This document shows, piece after piece, positions 19,663-30,619 of a stretch of 64,000 nt of DNA. Where the stretch lies: positions 160,001 to 224,000 of the forward strand of contig CAWGPQ010000008.1 in NCBI GenBank assembly GCA_963824495.1, in the 5' to 3' direction. This DNA is from an uncultured bacterium. Lineage in GTDB: Bacteria; Babelota; Babeliae; Babelales; Babelaceae. The position numbers and the translations under genes are program-made. Position 1 is the stretch's first letter, and every line of letters begins with the position of its first letter. The notes under the pieces were generated by a model, which did no database searches, had not been told where the DNA came from, and saw only the letters and a program-made list of their open reading frames with translations.

Positions 19663-21081
19663 ATGTATAGCAACAAATATAGCAACAAAAAAGCACACAT
19701 ACATTTTCTTGGTATCGGTGGCATTGGCATGAGCGGCATTGCCAAGATCTTACACTACCAGGGATATAGTATCTCCGGTTGCGATAGTGATCTTGAACAA
19801 AAGAGTATAGAAGATCTTAAACAATGTGGCTGCACAATCTATCAGGGCAACGATACCCCTGCATGTCATGATCCATCTATCGATATTTTAGTTTATTCCT
19901 CAGCACTTAAAGCAGATAACCCTGAGATTATTGCTGCACAGCAACGAGGCATTCCTACTATACCTCGTGCAGTCATGCTTGCTGAAATCATGAGAACAAA
20001 ATATAGCATTGCTATTGCAGGTGCCCATGGAAAGACCACAACTACATCACTTATTTCGCACGTACTTATTGAAGCTGCTTGTGACCCAACGGTTATTATT
20101 GGGGGGCACCTAAAAAATATTTCAGCAAATGCCCGCTTGGGACGGGGCGATTTTCTTGTGGCTGAAACGGATGAAAGCGACAGGTCATTATTACGACTTT
20201 ATCCAACACTTGCAGTTGTAACAAATATTGACCGAGAACATCTTGATGTCTATCATGATCTAGAAGATATTAAAAATACGTTTAAGCAGTTTTTAAGCAA
20301 TTTACCTTTTTATGGAAAAGCCATTCTCTGTATTGATGACCCTCATGTTCGTTCACTCTTACCACTGCCCCATATAAAAACAATCAAATATGGATTTACA
20401 CCTGACGCTGACATCTACGCTGATCATCTTGTACTTGAGCGTGATCACTCTGAATTTGACGTATACCAAAAACATGTGCCTGAGCCCTTCGGACACGTTC
20501 GTCTAGCAATGCCCGGTCGCCATAATGTGCTTAATGCGCTGGCAACAATTACCGTAGCACTCGACTTATCACTGCCTTTTGCGGTAATAGCTCAAGCTCT
20601 TGAAAATTTTAAAGGTGTTGAGCGACGCTTCAGCTTCAAGGGTATCTATAAAGGAGCAGAACTCTTTGATGACTATGGGCATCATCCGACAGAAATTTAT
20701 AATACCCTTAACGTAGCACGAAAACGAGCAGGCAATAATCTCACGGTTGTTTTTCAGCCTCAACGCTACTCAAGAACCTATCATCTGTGGGATGATTTTA
20801 TTGACATATTCTTAAACAGTACTGTTGATCACCTGATTATTACTGATATTTATCCTGCAAGCGAAAAACCAATCGAAACTGTTACCAGCAATCGACTCGC
20901 GTTAGAACTTATTCAGAAAAATCCAAGCTTTACCGTAACCTATATACCTGCTGATACTAACTTTTCATTAGTACATCAAGCCCTTGATGGTATTATTCAT
21001 CCAGGAGATCTTGTTCTCTTTCTCGGGGCAGGTAAAGTTAATAAACTCGCCGATAACTTGAAAAACGCAAATAACCAATAA
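19663..21081 (+). CDS. murC: UDP-N-acetylmuramate--L-alanine ligase
   Basis: GIGGIGMSGIA, GAHGKTTTT, ETDESD, DDYGHHPTEI. Confidence 0.96.
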   Translation: MYSNKYSNKKAHIHFLGIGGIGMSGIAKILHYQGYSISGCDSDLEQKSIEDLKQCGCTIYQGNDTPACHDPSIDILVYSSALKADNPEIIAAQQRGIPTIPRAVMLAEIMRTKYSIAIAGAHGKTTTTSLISHVLIEAACDPTVIIGGHLKNISANARLGRGDFLVAETDESDRSLLRLYPTLAVVTNIDREHLDVYHDLEDIKNTFKQFLSNLPFYGKAILCIDDPHVRSLLPLPHIKTIKYGFTPDADIYADHLVLERDHSEFDVYQKHVPEPFGHVRLAMPGRHNVLNALATITVALDLSLPFAVIAQALENFKGVERRFSFKGIYKGAELFDDYGHHPTEIYNTLNVARKRAGNNLTVVFQPQRYSRTYHLWDDFIDIFLNSTVDHLIITDIYPASEKPIETVTSNRLALELIQKNPSFTVTYIPADTNFSLVHQALDGIIHPGDLVLFLGAGKVNKLADNLKNANNQ

Positions 21082-21177
21082 AATATTGATTTTATAGGTA
21101 CCGAATGTTTATGCTAAAAATGCTAAGTCTTACACTATATCTTACACTATAAAATAGCAGAAGGGAGAAACGCAATC

Positions 21178-21546
21178 ATGAACACAAAGAGGTATTCTAT
21201 AGTCACTCTTGGCATTATAGCCACCTGCTCAAGTACGCCATTACTTACACGAGGGGGATTTGGTGCTTGCTTTGGCGGATCATTTTTAGGAACAGCAACG
21301 GGGACCATGTTTGGCAATGCAATAAGCCAGTCTTACCAGCCTCGTGAACGGGAAGTTGTTTATTATTCACAACCTACCTATTCAGCACAAGCACCTACAC
21401 GACAACAACCCAATGCTCTTGAGCAAGAACGCTTATATCTCAAGCGAAAAGAGCTTGAACTTAAAGAGCGAGAAATTGCTCTTCAAGAAAAAAGAGAGCA
21501 AAACCGCCAACGTGAGCTTGAGTTAGAGCTCATAAAAGAACGCTAA
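21178..21546 (+). CDS. Hypothetical secreted protein, glycine-zipper-like segment plus charged coiled coil
   Basis: GGGAG RBS; GACFGGSFLGTATG; E/K/R-rich tail. Confidence 0.6.
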   Translation: MNTKRYSIVTLGIIATCSSTPLLTRGGFGACFGGSFLGTATGTMFGNAISQSYQPREREVVYYSQPTYSAQAPTRQQPNALEQERLYLKRKELELKEREIALQEKREQNRQRELELELIKER

Positions 21547-21710
21547 ACGGTAACGGTGACGCCCTATCCATTCTTATCTCTCAAAACCTAACTCACATTA
21601 GAATATTTTTAGCTTACCATGTTAACTTTATAAATTTATTGATTTTTTTAAATATTACGTGCTAATATAAAAAAATAATTAGAAATCATATTAGGCCTAA
21701 GGGAGAAGAT

Positions 21711-22763
21711 ATGAAAAGGCAAATTATTTCTAAAGCTATAGTTCTAAGTATTATTTTTACTACAGCATGGGTGACCGTATCCTTGACGCAAGATCAATTA
21801 AGTATATGTACTGGATTAGGCCAAACAGTACTATTAAGTTCTGTTGCTGACGTTAGGAAAGCATATCATAAATTTGCCGTTAACTGCCATCCAGATAAAT
21901 TTAAAAATCCCGATGAAAAGAAAGAAGCACATGAGTTATTTTATAAAATTGGCAACTTTTACGAGAAAGCCATAGGCAAGACGCCAATAACAACTGAATA
22001 TACACCACCACCAGGTTATGGCTCTACACCACCATCGAGTTCTTATTGGGGTTATCGGGATGAAGCAGCATATAAGACATATCTTGTCAATAAAGCCCTA
22101 TACACTGCGGCAACGAATGGTGATACCAAAGCTGCAGAGGAAGCAATTACTCAAGGTGCTAATGTTAATTATGCCGGCGATGATAATAGCACCCCTCTTA
22201 TTCAAGCAGCTTGGAGTGGCCATCCCGACATGGTTAAACTGCTTATAAAATATGATGCTGATGTTAATCTTGCCAACGATAAGGGCAGTACTGCTCTTAC
22301 CCTAGCGGCTATGCTTGGACGTACAAATATAGTTGAGCAACTTCTGAATGCTGATGCTGATATTAATCATGCTGGTTATTTTGGCCGCACTGCTCTTATA
22401 TGGGCAGCTAAAGAAGGGTCCACGGATACAGTTAAGCTTCTTATACAATCGAAGGCTAACCTTAATCAGACTGATAATAATGGAAAGACGGCGCTTATGT
22501 TTGCAGCTAGGTTGAAAAATCTAGATATAGCAGGACTGCTTACAGAAGCTGGCGCTAATGTTAATCATGCTGATGATGATGATGGCATCACAGCTCTATT
22601 AGAAGCAGTTGCCCAAGGAAACATCAATATGGTTAGGCTGCTTATAGAGCACGGCGCTGACGTTAATCATGCTTATAGCGGCGGCACCGCCCTCACGTTG
22701 GCTCAACAGAGAAATTATAGCGATATAGCTAAGCTACTCCAACAACACAATGCTCGCTCGTAA
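21711..22763 (+). CDS. Secreted J-domain plus ankyrin-repeat protein
   Basis: Signal peptide; VRKAYHKFAVNCHPDK...F..I...YE (J-domain HPD); about 7 ankyrin repeats. Confidence 0.85.
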   Translation: MKRQIISKAIVLSIIFTTAWVTVSLTQDQLSICTGLGQTVLLSSVADVRKAYHKFAVNCHPDKFKNPDEKKEAHELFYKIGNFYEKAIGKTPITTEYTPPPGYGSTPPSSSYWGYRDEAAYKTYLVNKALYTAATNGDTKAAEEAITQGANVNYAGDDNSTPLIQAAWSGHPDMVKLLIKYDADVNLANDKGSTALTLAAMLGRTNIVEQLLNADADINHAGYFGRTALIWAAKEGSTDTVKLLIQSKANLNQTDNNGKTALMFAARLKNLDIAGLLTEAGANVNHADDDDGITALLEAVAQGNINMVRLLIEHGADVNHAYSGGTALTLAQQRNYSDIAKLLQQHNARS

Positions 22764-22834
22764 TTCTTAATGGGCTTATCTGTGCCTATAAAGCTCGAAG
22801 AGCACAACCGCCAAAATGTGCACCAAATAGTCAC

Positions 22835-24931
22835 CTACCCATTTGAATTAGGATTAGGATTAGACAGGAAGCGAACTATACGAGCTATAATTTCTTCAGG
22901 CATACCAATAGCTGGAACATTTCTACCCTGAGCATGCACTTGCTGAAAAAGTTCTTGATCACGCAAAATCTCAGGTATAATTCTTTCTCTGCTCAACATA
23001 TCAATAATGGCAGTGTGCCCAAGCTCACGTGCTACATCAAATGGTGTCTGACTTCTCGTATTGCATATAGTATGATCAGCATGAGCATTAAGCAGTATTT
23101 GAACTATACCAGCATGACCTTGCTGTATCGCCAAGTGCAATGGTGTATCGCCATTACCATTTATAGCATTGATATTTGCATTATGAGCAAGTAATGCTTC
23201 AATACTAAGCACGGTATTACGCAGGACAGCAGCGTGAAGTGGCGTATTGCCATCGCTATTTACAGCATTAATATTTGCACCATTACTCAGTAATATTCTA
23301 ATGCCATGGGTATTATTATGAAGAGCAGCATAATGTAATGCAGTATTACCATCCATATTTTCTACAGTATGATCAGCATGAGCCGCAAGCACTGCTCGAA
23401 CTATATCTGCGTTGTTATGTCGCATTGCTAAATGTAATGGTGTATTGCCATCATTATTTCTCACGTTAACATGAGCACCGTCGCTAAGTAACGATCTTAT
23501 ACCATAGGTATTATTATGAAGAGCAGCGTAATGTAATGCAGTATTACCATCGGTATCCTGTGCATCAACGGGAGCAATACCACCCAATGTTTCAGCTTGG
23601 TCCAAAATGTGCTGTATAACATCTTCAGGATTAAAGTCCTGCCGATTAGGCAGTGCCACAAAAGCTTCTTGCAAGACCTCCCTTATTACTGACCCCATCG
23701 CATAAGTTTCCAAAAGCCTAATAACGTTTTGGTAGCGTTTGGCTGTATTGATATCTTCGCGTGCAGCTGCTTCTCTTCCATTGCGTTGGGCCAACTGGAG
23801 AGCCGTTAAGCCTTCGTTATGGCCAAGCCTATTGGTAAGCATAAAATTAGCCCCAGCTTCAAGAAGAGCCTGCACGATATCTACATGGCCTTGTGCTGCA
23901 GCCCAATGGAGGGCAGTAAAACCGTGAGCATCTCGTTGATTAATGTCGACAAAGTTTGCTTGCTGCTGCGTACCACCATAGGCAGCATTAATTAAGCCTT
24001 TGAAATATGCTTGTATTGTCTGTATAACAGATGGTGATTGAGCTTGTGCTGCTTGCTGTAACACTAGGTTTTCAGCTCTTACTTCATGAGGTATCGCTTC
24101 AAGAAGCTGAGTTATTGTATCCCTATCGCCTGTTGCTGCAGCAGTGTTAAGAGGCAGCCGAATAAGCTGATGTATCATACTTAAATCTTGCTCTACAAGA
24201 AAATCTACTTCGGCTAAATTTGGGCTCACACCCCCATGCTCCAGAAGAAAAAGTAGGGCACGGTATCCACGAATACTGTCAAACTCACCTTCATTGCGCG
24301 ACAATTCTAAGCCAGCTCTTACAACTTGCATAAGCGCCTCGCCCTCACCTCGTGCGTTAAGATCAGCTCCATAATCCAAAAGAAGTTGCATTATCTTAAG
24401 ATAAACAGACCTATCAAGATTTAGCTCGATTTCCTTTATTAAACGATAGTCTGCCGAAAACCTATAATATATACTTAAAAGATAGGCATAAAGTGCGACT
24501 CCGAAAGGATTTGTCGCAAATCGGTCTCTTGTATAGGTATGAGCGCCTAATTGCAGCAGCAATCCCACTACCTCTAGATTTCCTCTTGCCGATGCCCAAT
24601 AAAGAGCTGTATGACACGCTCCATTCTCGTAGTTGATATTAGCATCATGCTCAATTAAAAATTTTAAGATATCCCAATGACCATGAACAGCAGCTACTAG
24701 CAAAGGCGTTAGCTGATAGTGTTGACCGAATCCTTGATCGTCTACTACAATATTGACGTTAGCTCCTTGATTTACAAGATTTTCGACAAGGCTTAAGTTG
24801 CCTTGTGCTGTGGCATCAAAGAGCTGCCTATCAAGCTCGGCCTGATCGATAGCATTCATTGCTTGTACACTTGATGCCATAAACGAAAAAAATAAAGCCA
24901 TATACGTTATATTTTTTACAAACCTGATCAT
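22835..24931 (-). CDS. Secreted ankyrin-repeat protein with shared C-terminal cassette
   Basis: Signal ending VQA-M; many DGNTALH/TPLH repeats; tail GMPEEIIARIVRFL. Confidence 0.9.
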   Translation of the reverse strand: MIRFVKNITYMALFFSFMASSVQAMNAIDQAELDRQLFDATAQGNLSLVENLVNQGANVNIVVDDQGFGQHYQLTPLLVAAVHGHWDILKFLIEHDANINYENGACHTALYWASARGNLEVVGLLLQLGAHTYTRDRFATNPFGVALYAYLLSIYYRFSADYRLIKEIELNLDRSVYLKIMQLLLDYGADLNARGEGEALMQVVRAGLELSRNEGEFDSIRGYRALLFLLEHGGVSPNLAEVDFLVEQDLSMIHQLIRLPLNTAAATGDRDTITQLLEAIPHEVRAENLVLQQAAQAQSPSVIQTIQAYFKGLINAAYGGTQQQANFVDINQRDAHGFTALHWAAAQGHVDIVQALLEAGANFMLTNRLGHNEGLTALQLAQRNGREAAAREDINTAKRYQNVIRLLETYAMGSVIREVLQEAFVALPNRQDFNPEDVIQHILDQAETLGGIAPVDAQDTDGNTALHYAALHNNTYGIRSLLSDGAHVNVRNNDGNTPLHLAMRHNNADIVRAVLAAHADHTVENMDGNTALHYAALHNNTHGIRILLSNGANINAVNSDGNTPLHAAVLRNTVLSIEALLAHNANINAINGNGDTPLHLAIQQGHAGIVQILLNAHADHTICNTRSQTPFDVARELGHTAIIDMLSRERIIPEILRDQELFQQVHAQGRNVPAIGMPEEIIARIVRFLSNPNPNSNG

Positions 24932-25055
24932 GGTGCGCTCTCCAATAAAAGCTCATTTTAATATCAAACTAACTTAATTAATTATAGTTGAAACTTTAAA
25001 ATAAGCAACTTGAGCTGAAAGCTACGCTTGGATTCCATTTACAAGAGTTATACAT

Positions 25056-25505
25056 TTAAAGTTGATTTTTAGGACTTATAAAGAGAACAACCTCATGCTC
25101 ATCAGGCTTACCTGCTTGAGCTCGTAGACGAATTGATATAGTGCACCAGGTATATGGCTTCTCGTAAAGCAAAACAACCTCGGGTATGGTGGTCATGCTT
25201 CCCCTCTCTCTCCAGCCAAAACGCTCCATGTCTGTACGATAGAGCTCGATAAGCGGTTCACGTGCGAGAGATGTACTAAACTTAAAAGCACGAGTGTCAC
25301 CATCAGATGGTAGTGCCTGTGGTTGTGCATAGAGGGGCAATGGAATATCAACCAGTTGTGCTTCATCAACAAGCTTAGAGGCAGGAGAACTATCCTCTCC
25401 CACCTCTACTTCTCTATCTGTTTTACTATCTGTTTTAATACATGATGGAACAGCCATAAGAGTAAGAGCAAGTATGCTTGCTAAAGACCATAGATACAGT
25501 TCCAT
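25056..25505 (-). CDS. Hypothetical protein, possible lipoprotein
   Basis: Hydrophobic N-terminus ending VPSC; follows rplS. Confidence 0.5.
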   Translation of the reverse strand: MELYLWSLASILALTLMAVPSCIKTDSKTDREVEVGEDSSPASKLVDEAQLVDIPLPLYAQPQALPSDGDTRAFKFSTSLAREPLIELYRTDMERFGWRERGSMTTIPEVVLLYEKPYTWCTISIRLRAQAGKPDEHEVVLFISPKNQL

Positions 25506-25526
25506 TACCTGTTATGCCAGAAAGTT

Positions 25527-25937
25527 TTACGATTGTGAAGCTGTTTCTGAGGCGTTGGCTTTTTGAGCTCTTGTTACAATTTTTTCTCGTACTCGAGCAG
25601 CCTTGCCAACACGATTTCTCAAGTAATAAAGCTTGGCGCGTCGAACATCGCCTTTACGTAAATAGTTAATCGACTCAATCAAAGGTGAATACAGAGGAAA
25701 AACACGCTCAACTGCAACACCATGAGCACCTATACGTCGTAACGTGAATGTCGAAGAGATGCCATGCCTACGCAAAGCAATAACGTCTCCCTCAAATACT
25801 TGAGTTCGCACCACCTTACCACCCTCAACGATACGCTGAACAACTTCCAGAGCATCCCCTACCCTAAATAGAGGGAAGCCTCGATCAATTATACCAATAG
25901 TGCTAATGGTTTCTCTTGTATATTTTTTTGCTTTCAT
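25527..25937 (-). CDS. rplS: 50S ribosomal protein L19
   Basis: [26 protein letters not shown]. Confidence 0.96.
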   Translation of the reverse strand: MKAKKYTRETISTIGIIDRGFPLFRVGDALEVVQRIVEGGKVVRTQVFEGDVIALRRHGISSTFTLRRIGAHGVAVERVFPLYSPLIESINYLRKGDVRRAKLYYLRNRVGKAARVREKIVTRAQKANASETASQS

Positions 25938-26007
25938 AGTAGTCCTAGTAGATACATTTCATAATAACCGTTTACATAACCTGGCAAAATATTTAGTATA
26001 TCATAGT

Positions 26008-27309
26008 TTACTTTGGATTAATACCCAGCCATCGATCCATAACTATAGCGGCAGCTGACCTGACCGATAAATGATTAAAATCAGAAAATCCCCTCAGGGG
26101 AGGAAGAATAAAGTCACATTGCTCAAGAAGACGTGGGGCAAGCCCTCGTCCCGTGCCAAACAGAAAAAGCACTGGCCGCTTAAGGTTCCAAACTTTTTCT
26201 TGATCGTAATACGTGATAGGCTCAACCATTGAACCATGCTGTGGCTGTGCTGAAGTTGCAATAAGTAAAGGCTCCACTCCCTCATGTTTTTCAATAGCAG
26301 CTCGTACCTCATCAAGCGAGTCGGTAATCATGGTATGCTTGAGCGCTTCATGTCGCTGTCTATTATACTCAATGCCTACACCTGTATGCCAAAATTCTAA
26401 GAGCCGACAAGCAATCCTTTTTTGGTCCTCAAGTGGTGTCACAATAAAATATCCGCTTAATCCATACGTAGTTGACGAGCGAGCAATATCATGAATATCA
26501 AGTGATGTAATAGAAGTTGTACCCTCGCCAACATGAGGCACTACCACCTGAGCATGCATAAGCGCAGCATAGTGAGCCGGTATATATTTTTTTGCCAAAA
26601 CTTCTTGATCGGGCGTTGCTACATGTGAACGTAACCATTCAAAATGGCGCAACACCGTTCGTTGAGCCGCTTGATTACTACGCCATTGCTCAATGTGCTT
26701 ATGGTTACCAGATCTGAGAACTTCAGGAACCTCCATGCCTTTCCAAACAACGGGAGCTGTATATTCAGGGTGGTCAACAAAGGGCCCTGAAAATGACTCT
26801 CGCTCAACTGATTCTTGCTTGCCCACAACGCCAGGGACAAGCCGCAGGAGACCCTCAAGAAGCATCATTGCTGGCACATCACCACCCATGAGCACAAAAT
26901 CACCAACTGATACAATGCTATCAGCATAATATTCTTCAATACGCGCATCCATTCCTTCGTAACGAGATGTTACCAAGAGAAGATGTCTCCGCTCGCGTAC
27001 GTTTTCATAAATTTTTTTAAGCAGAGGTTGATCGAGCTTTTTTCCATGGGGTGAAAAAAACACACGATACGCAGTACCATGAAGTTGTTCTTGCGCAGTG
27101 ATAGCTTTATCAACAATGTCAGGACGCAGGAGAACACCTGCACCATGACCACATGTCGGCGAATCAATCCGTTCTTTAGGTGCAGCATAGGAAAAGAAGT
27201 TCTCAACATGATACTGCACATAACCGTTTTCTTGTGCACGACCCATAAGGCTCGCTGTCAAAAACGATTCATACAGTCGAGGAAACAACGTAAGAATAGA
27301 AATGTTCAT
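26008..27309 (-). CDS. trmD: TrmD fused to a C-terminal SPOUT RNA methyltransferase-like domain
   Basis: RYEGMDAR, SVGDFVLMGG, VPEVLRSGNH; second domain TSLDIHDIARS...FGTGRGL..FNHLSVRSAAAI. Confidence 0.92.
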   Translation of the reverse strand: MNISILTLFPRLYESFLTASLMGRAQENGYVQYHVENFFSYAAPKERIDSPTCGHGAGVLLRPDIVDKAITAQEQLHGTAYRVFFSPHGKKLDQPLLKKIYENVRERRHLLLVTSRYEGMDARIEEYYADSIVSVGDFVLMGGDVPAMMLLEGLLRLVPGVVGKQESVERESFSGPFVDHPEYTAPVVWKGMEVPEVLRSGNHKHIEQWRSNQAAQRTVLRHFEWLRSHVATPDQEVLAKKYIPAHYAALMHAQVVVPHVGEGTTSITSLDIHDIARSSTTYGLSGYFIVTPLEDQKRIACRLLEFWHTGVGIEYNRQRHEALKHTMITDSLDEVRAAIEKHEGVEPLLIATSAQPQHGSMVEPITYYDQEKVWNLKRPVLFLFGTGRGLAPRLLEQCDFILPPLRGFSDFNHLSVRSAAAIVMDRWLGINPK

Positions 27310-27320
27310 AAATCAAGACA

Positions 27321-27554
27321 CTATTCTGCAATATCAACAACGATATCGTTATTGCGTGTAGGGTCAGCCAGACGAACCAACGTTCGCAGTGCTCTAAACG
27401 TACGACCTTCACTGCCGACAACTCGTCCTAAATCATGCGCGGCAACTTTTACTTGGATCATATTCTTGTCAGCCATAGGGACTTCTGAAACAACAACAGC
27501 CCCTGGTTTGTCAACCAGCTTCTTAACGATATCTTCAATAAGCTTAATAAGCAT
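27321..27554 (-). CDS. khpA: KH-domain RNA-binding protein (KhpA/YlqC-like)
   Basis: LVDKP, DLGRVVGSEGRT; between rpsP and trmD. Confidence 0.85.
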   Translation of the reverse strand: MLIKLIEDIVKKLVDKPGAVVVSEVPMADKNMIQVKVAAHDLGRVVGSEGRTFRALRTLVRLADPTRNNDIVVDIAE

Positions 27555-27569
27555 ACTTTTCTCGCTATA

Positions 27570-27824
27570 CTAAGCTGCTGACACTGATTGCTTTTGATAT
27601 AACTTTTGGATTTTTTTTACTGCGTCACTAGGGATTGCTCCTGTGCTAACCCATGCTTGAATGCGCTCAGTATTTAAATCAAGAACATGCCCCGTTAAGG
27701 GATTATATGTACCCAGTATTTCTAACGATGCGCCATCACGCTTACTATGCGAATCAATAGCCACAATACGATAAAAAGGAGCATTTTTTTTGCCTATACG
27801 TGATAATCGTATTTTTACTGCCAT
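27570..27824 (-). CDS. rpsP: 30S ribosomal protein S16
   Basis: MAVKIRLSRIGKKNAPFYRIV..RDG..LGTYNP. Confidence 0.97.
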   Translation of the reverse strand: MAVKIRLSRIGKKNAPFYRIVAIDSHSKRDGASLEILGTYNPLTGHVLDLNTERIQAWVSTGAIPSDAVKKIQKLYQKQSVSAA

Positions 27825-27865
27825 ATTAAGAATACCTTTCTTTAAGTAAAAGAGTTCATGGTTGT

Positions 27866-29203
27866 TTATTTAAAAAAGCCGTTAAAATGCTTCATCTTTT
27901 TAAAGACTTTAACAAGTTGCTGGCTCTGTTCAAACCTATCTAAAAGCATATTAACATCAGGGACGCCGACACCGGCACCCCGAGCAATACGCTGCTTGCG
28001 CGATCCATCAAGCACTTTAGGATTTATTCGTTCTTCGGGTGTCATTGAGCTAATAATCGCTTTAAATTTTTTAATTTCCGCTTCGCTTTTATCAATCATA
28101 TCAGGAGAAAGCTGCAGATCGCTGGCTCCAGGAAAATATTTCATAATCTGAGATAACGAACCAAGCTTACCAATCATCTCCATTTGTTGAGCAAAATCGT
28201 TGAGCGTAAGCCTCCCTTGCGTAAAGGCTCGCGTAAGTTGCTCTTGCTCATAATGTTGGATTTTTTCTTCTGCTTTTTCAACAAGCGTTACGATATCGCC
28301 CATACCAAGTATTTGGCGAACAACACGCTCGGGCCGAAACAATTCAAGATCAGCAACCTTTTCTCCTACTCCCACAAATATAATAGGCTTTTTTAAGGCG
28401 TAGCGAAAAGCGAACGCTGCTCCAGCTCGTGTTTCGCTATCCGTTTTTGTAAGTATTGAGCCTAAAAACCCCACTGCTTGATCAAATGCTTGTGCAATAG
28501 TAAGTGATTCTTGACCTGTCATGGCATCAAGGACAAGAAATTTGTACTTAGGTTTGACAAGCATATCAATCTGCTTAAGTTCATCAAGTAATGGCGCATC
28601 AACGTGTAAACGCCCAGCCGTATCGAGAAAGATAAGCTCATAGCTATTTTTATAAGCATAATTAACGATTTCTTGTGCTGCCCTCACAGGATCTTTGCTT
28701 GAAGCTCGATAAAATCCGACATCTACTTTTTTTGCCAAAATTTCAAGCTGATCGATAGCTGCCGGGCGATAGAAGTCGACAGAACCTACCAAAATGCTTC
28801 TCTGTTTTCCTTTTTTATGAGCAGCTTCTTTAATAAAATGTGCTAATTTAGCAATGGTCGTTGTCTTTCCCGACCCTTGTAATCCCATTACCATAGTCAC
28901 TGAAGGAATCTGAAAAGAAAAGACGGTTTCGCTACCTACACCCCCCAAGAACGACAAAAGTTTATCATGAACAATTTTCATTAAGTGCTCAGAGGGCTTG
29001 AGTGATGCCAGTACTTTTTGACCCATAACTTCTTGTTTAATCTCTTGAATGAATGCCTGGACAACGGCATAGGGCACATCAGCATCCAATAAAGCATCAT
29101 GAACTTTGGCAAGCGCATCTGACAACGTAGCCTCGGTAAAATGAGAAGTTCCCTGTAGTCGAGAAAAAAATGAAGAAAATGTTCGTGATAAAAATTCAAA
29201 CAT
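27866..29203 (-). CDS. ffh: Signal recognition particle protein
   Basis: GLQGSGKTT, DTAGR, ILGMGD, IISSMTPEER, SRKQRIARGAG. Confidence 0.95.
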   Translation of the reverse strand: MFEFLSRTFSSFFSRLQGTSHFTEATLSDALAKVHDALLDADVPYAVVQAFIQEIKQEVMGQKVLASLKPSEHLMKIVHDKLLSFLGGVGSETVFSFQIPSVTMVMGLQGSGKTTTIAKLAHFIKEAAHKKGKQRSILVGSVDFYRPAAIDQLEILAKKVDVGFYRASSKDPVRAAQEIVNYAYKNSYELIFLDTAGRLHVDAPLLDELKQIDMLVKPKYKFLVLDAMTGQESLTIAQAFDQAVGFLGSILTKTDSETRAGAAFAFRYALKKPIIFVGVGEKVADLELFRPERVVRQILGMGDIVTLVEKAEEKIQHYEQEQLTRAFTQGRLTLNDFAQQMEMIGKLGSLSQIMKYFPGASDLQLSPDMIDKSEAEIKKFKAIISSMTPEERINPKVLDGSRKQRIARGAGVGVPDVNMLLDRFEQSQQLVKVFKKMKHFNGFFK

Positions 29204-29400
29204 ATCTATACTCGTGCTTGCCTATACCCATTCAGTTATAGCTTTTCTTATCTTTTAGCATACCACTAGTATACCAAAAAAATTGCTTTTAGGAATCCCT
29301 TAAGGTATCTTAAGTTAAAGGCCATATCAATCTTCAGTGCACTACTTTTTTAATCTGCCGAATCTACCCTCATGGTTATTCCGGCCGAAATGGCAAATAT

Positions 29401-30528
29401 ATGATCAAAAGAATAGCTACCTCTACAACACAGCTACCAAATATTCTCATTGTTGGCATTGATGCCCCCTATAACCCCATTAAAGATATTAAGTCCTACT
29501 ATGAAGAGTTTAAGAGTCTTGTTCATTCAGCCGGTATAGAATATCAGCATGAGCTTTTCATAAAACTGCGTAGTATTGAGCCGGCCTATTTTGTTACCAA
29601 AGGTAAACTTGATGAGCTGATACAGTTCTGTAAACAAAATGCTATCGAAGAAGTTATCTTCTCTGAGCCCCTTTCTGGGCAGCAAGAGCGTAACTTAAGT
29701 CAAATACTACATTGTCCAATACTTGATAGGACACAGCTTATACTCAACATCTTTAAACAGGGAGCCCAATCAGCCGAGGGCAAATTGCAGGTTGAACTTG
29801 CCATATTTCAGCACGCAAAATCACGCCTGGCAGGACGTGGTGTCTTCATGTCCCAACAAGCAGGGAGTATTGGAACGCGTGGTCCAGGAGAAACCCAGAA
29901 AGAAAAAGATCTTCAGCACATTGAGTTACTTACACTCAGGACACGCAGAGATCTTGGAAGACTTCGAAAAGTACGTGAAACTCAGCGCAAGAAGCGCTTG
30001 ACAAGCAGCATCCCTCTTATAAGCCTCATTGGCTATACCAATGCGGGAAAATCAACTATCCTTAACGCTCTGACCAAAAGTTCAGTTCTTGCTGAAAATA
30101 AGCTCTTTGCCACGCTTGATACCACAACACGCGAATTCTATACGGATGGTACAAAAAAAGCGCTTATTTCTGACACTGTCGGATTCATTCAGCAATTACC
30201 TCATCATCTCATTGAGGCGTTTAAATCAACGCTCTCTGAGCTTACGCATGCTCATCTTCTGCTCGAAGTTGTAGATCTATCAGACTCCAACTGGGAATCT
30301 CATATACGTGTTGTTCATGATGTCCTTGAGGAACTTGGTGCTGCCGACAAACCAATGCTCTATGTATTTAACAAAGTTGACAAAGTACCAGACCTGCCAT
30401 CACTTGAGCAAGCACTTTCTCGCTATCAGCCCCATGTTTTTATTTCAGCACTTTCACCCGAGGGAATAGCACCCCTTATTGAATTTTTACGTTCTTGGAA
30501 GCCAGAAGCTGAAGAGCCTTCTGAATAG
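29401..30528 (+). CDS. hflX: GTPase HflX
   Basis: GTRGPGET, GYTNAGKST, LFATLDTT, DTVGFI, NKVD. Confidence 0.95.
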   Translation: MIKRIATSTTQLPNILIVGIDAPYNPIKDIKSYYEEFKSLVHSAGIEYQHELFIKLRSIEPAYFVTKGKLDELIQFCKQNAIEEVIFSEPLSGQQERNLSQILHCPILDRTQLILNIFKQGAQSAEGKLQVELAIFQHAKSRLAGRGVFMSQQAGSIGTRGPGETQKEKDLQHIELLTLRTRRDLGRLRKVRETQRKKRLTSSIPLISLIGYTNAGKSTILNALTKSSVLAENKLFATLDTTTREFYTDGTKKALISDTVGFIQQLPHHLIEAFKSTLSELTHAHLLLEVVDLSDSNWESHIRVVHDVLEELGAADKPMLYVFNKVDKVPDLPSLEQALSRYQPHVFISALSPEGIAPLIEFLRSWKPEAEEPSE

Positions 30529-30619
30529 AGTGAACTTAAAACCATAACTTGTGCTTGATTTTATCGCAAAATTGTTTCGTTATCACTGCTCACGCATGTA
30601 ATTGTTACGTCTGACTCGT

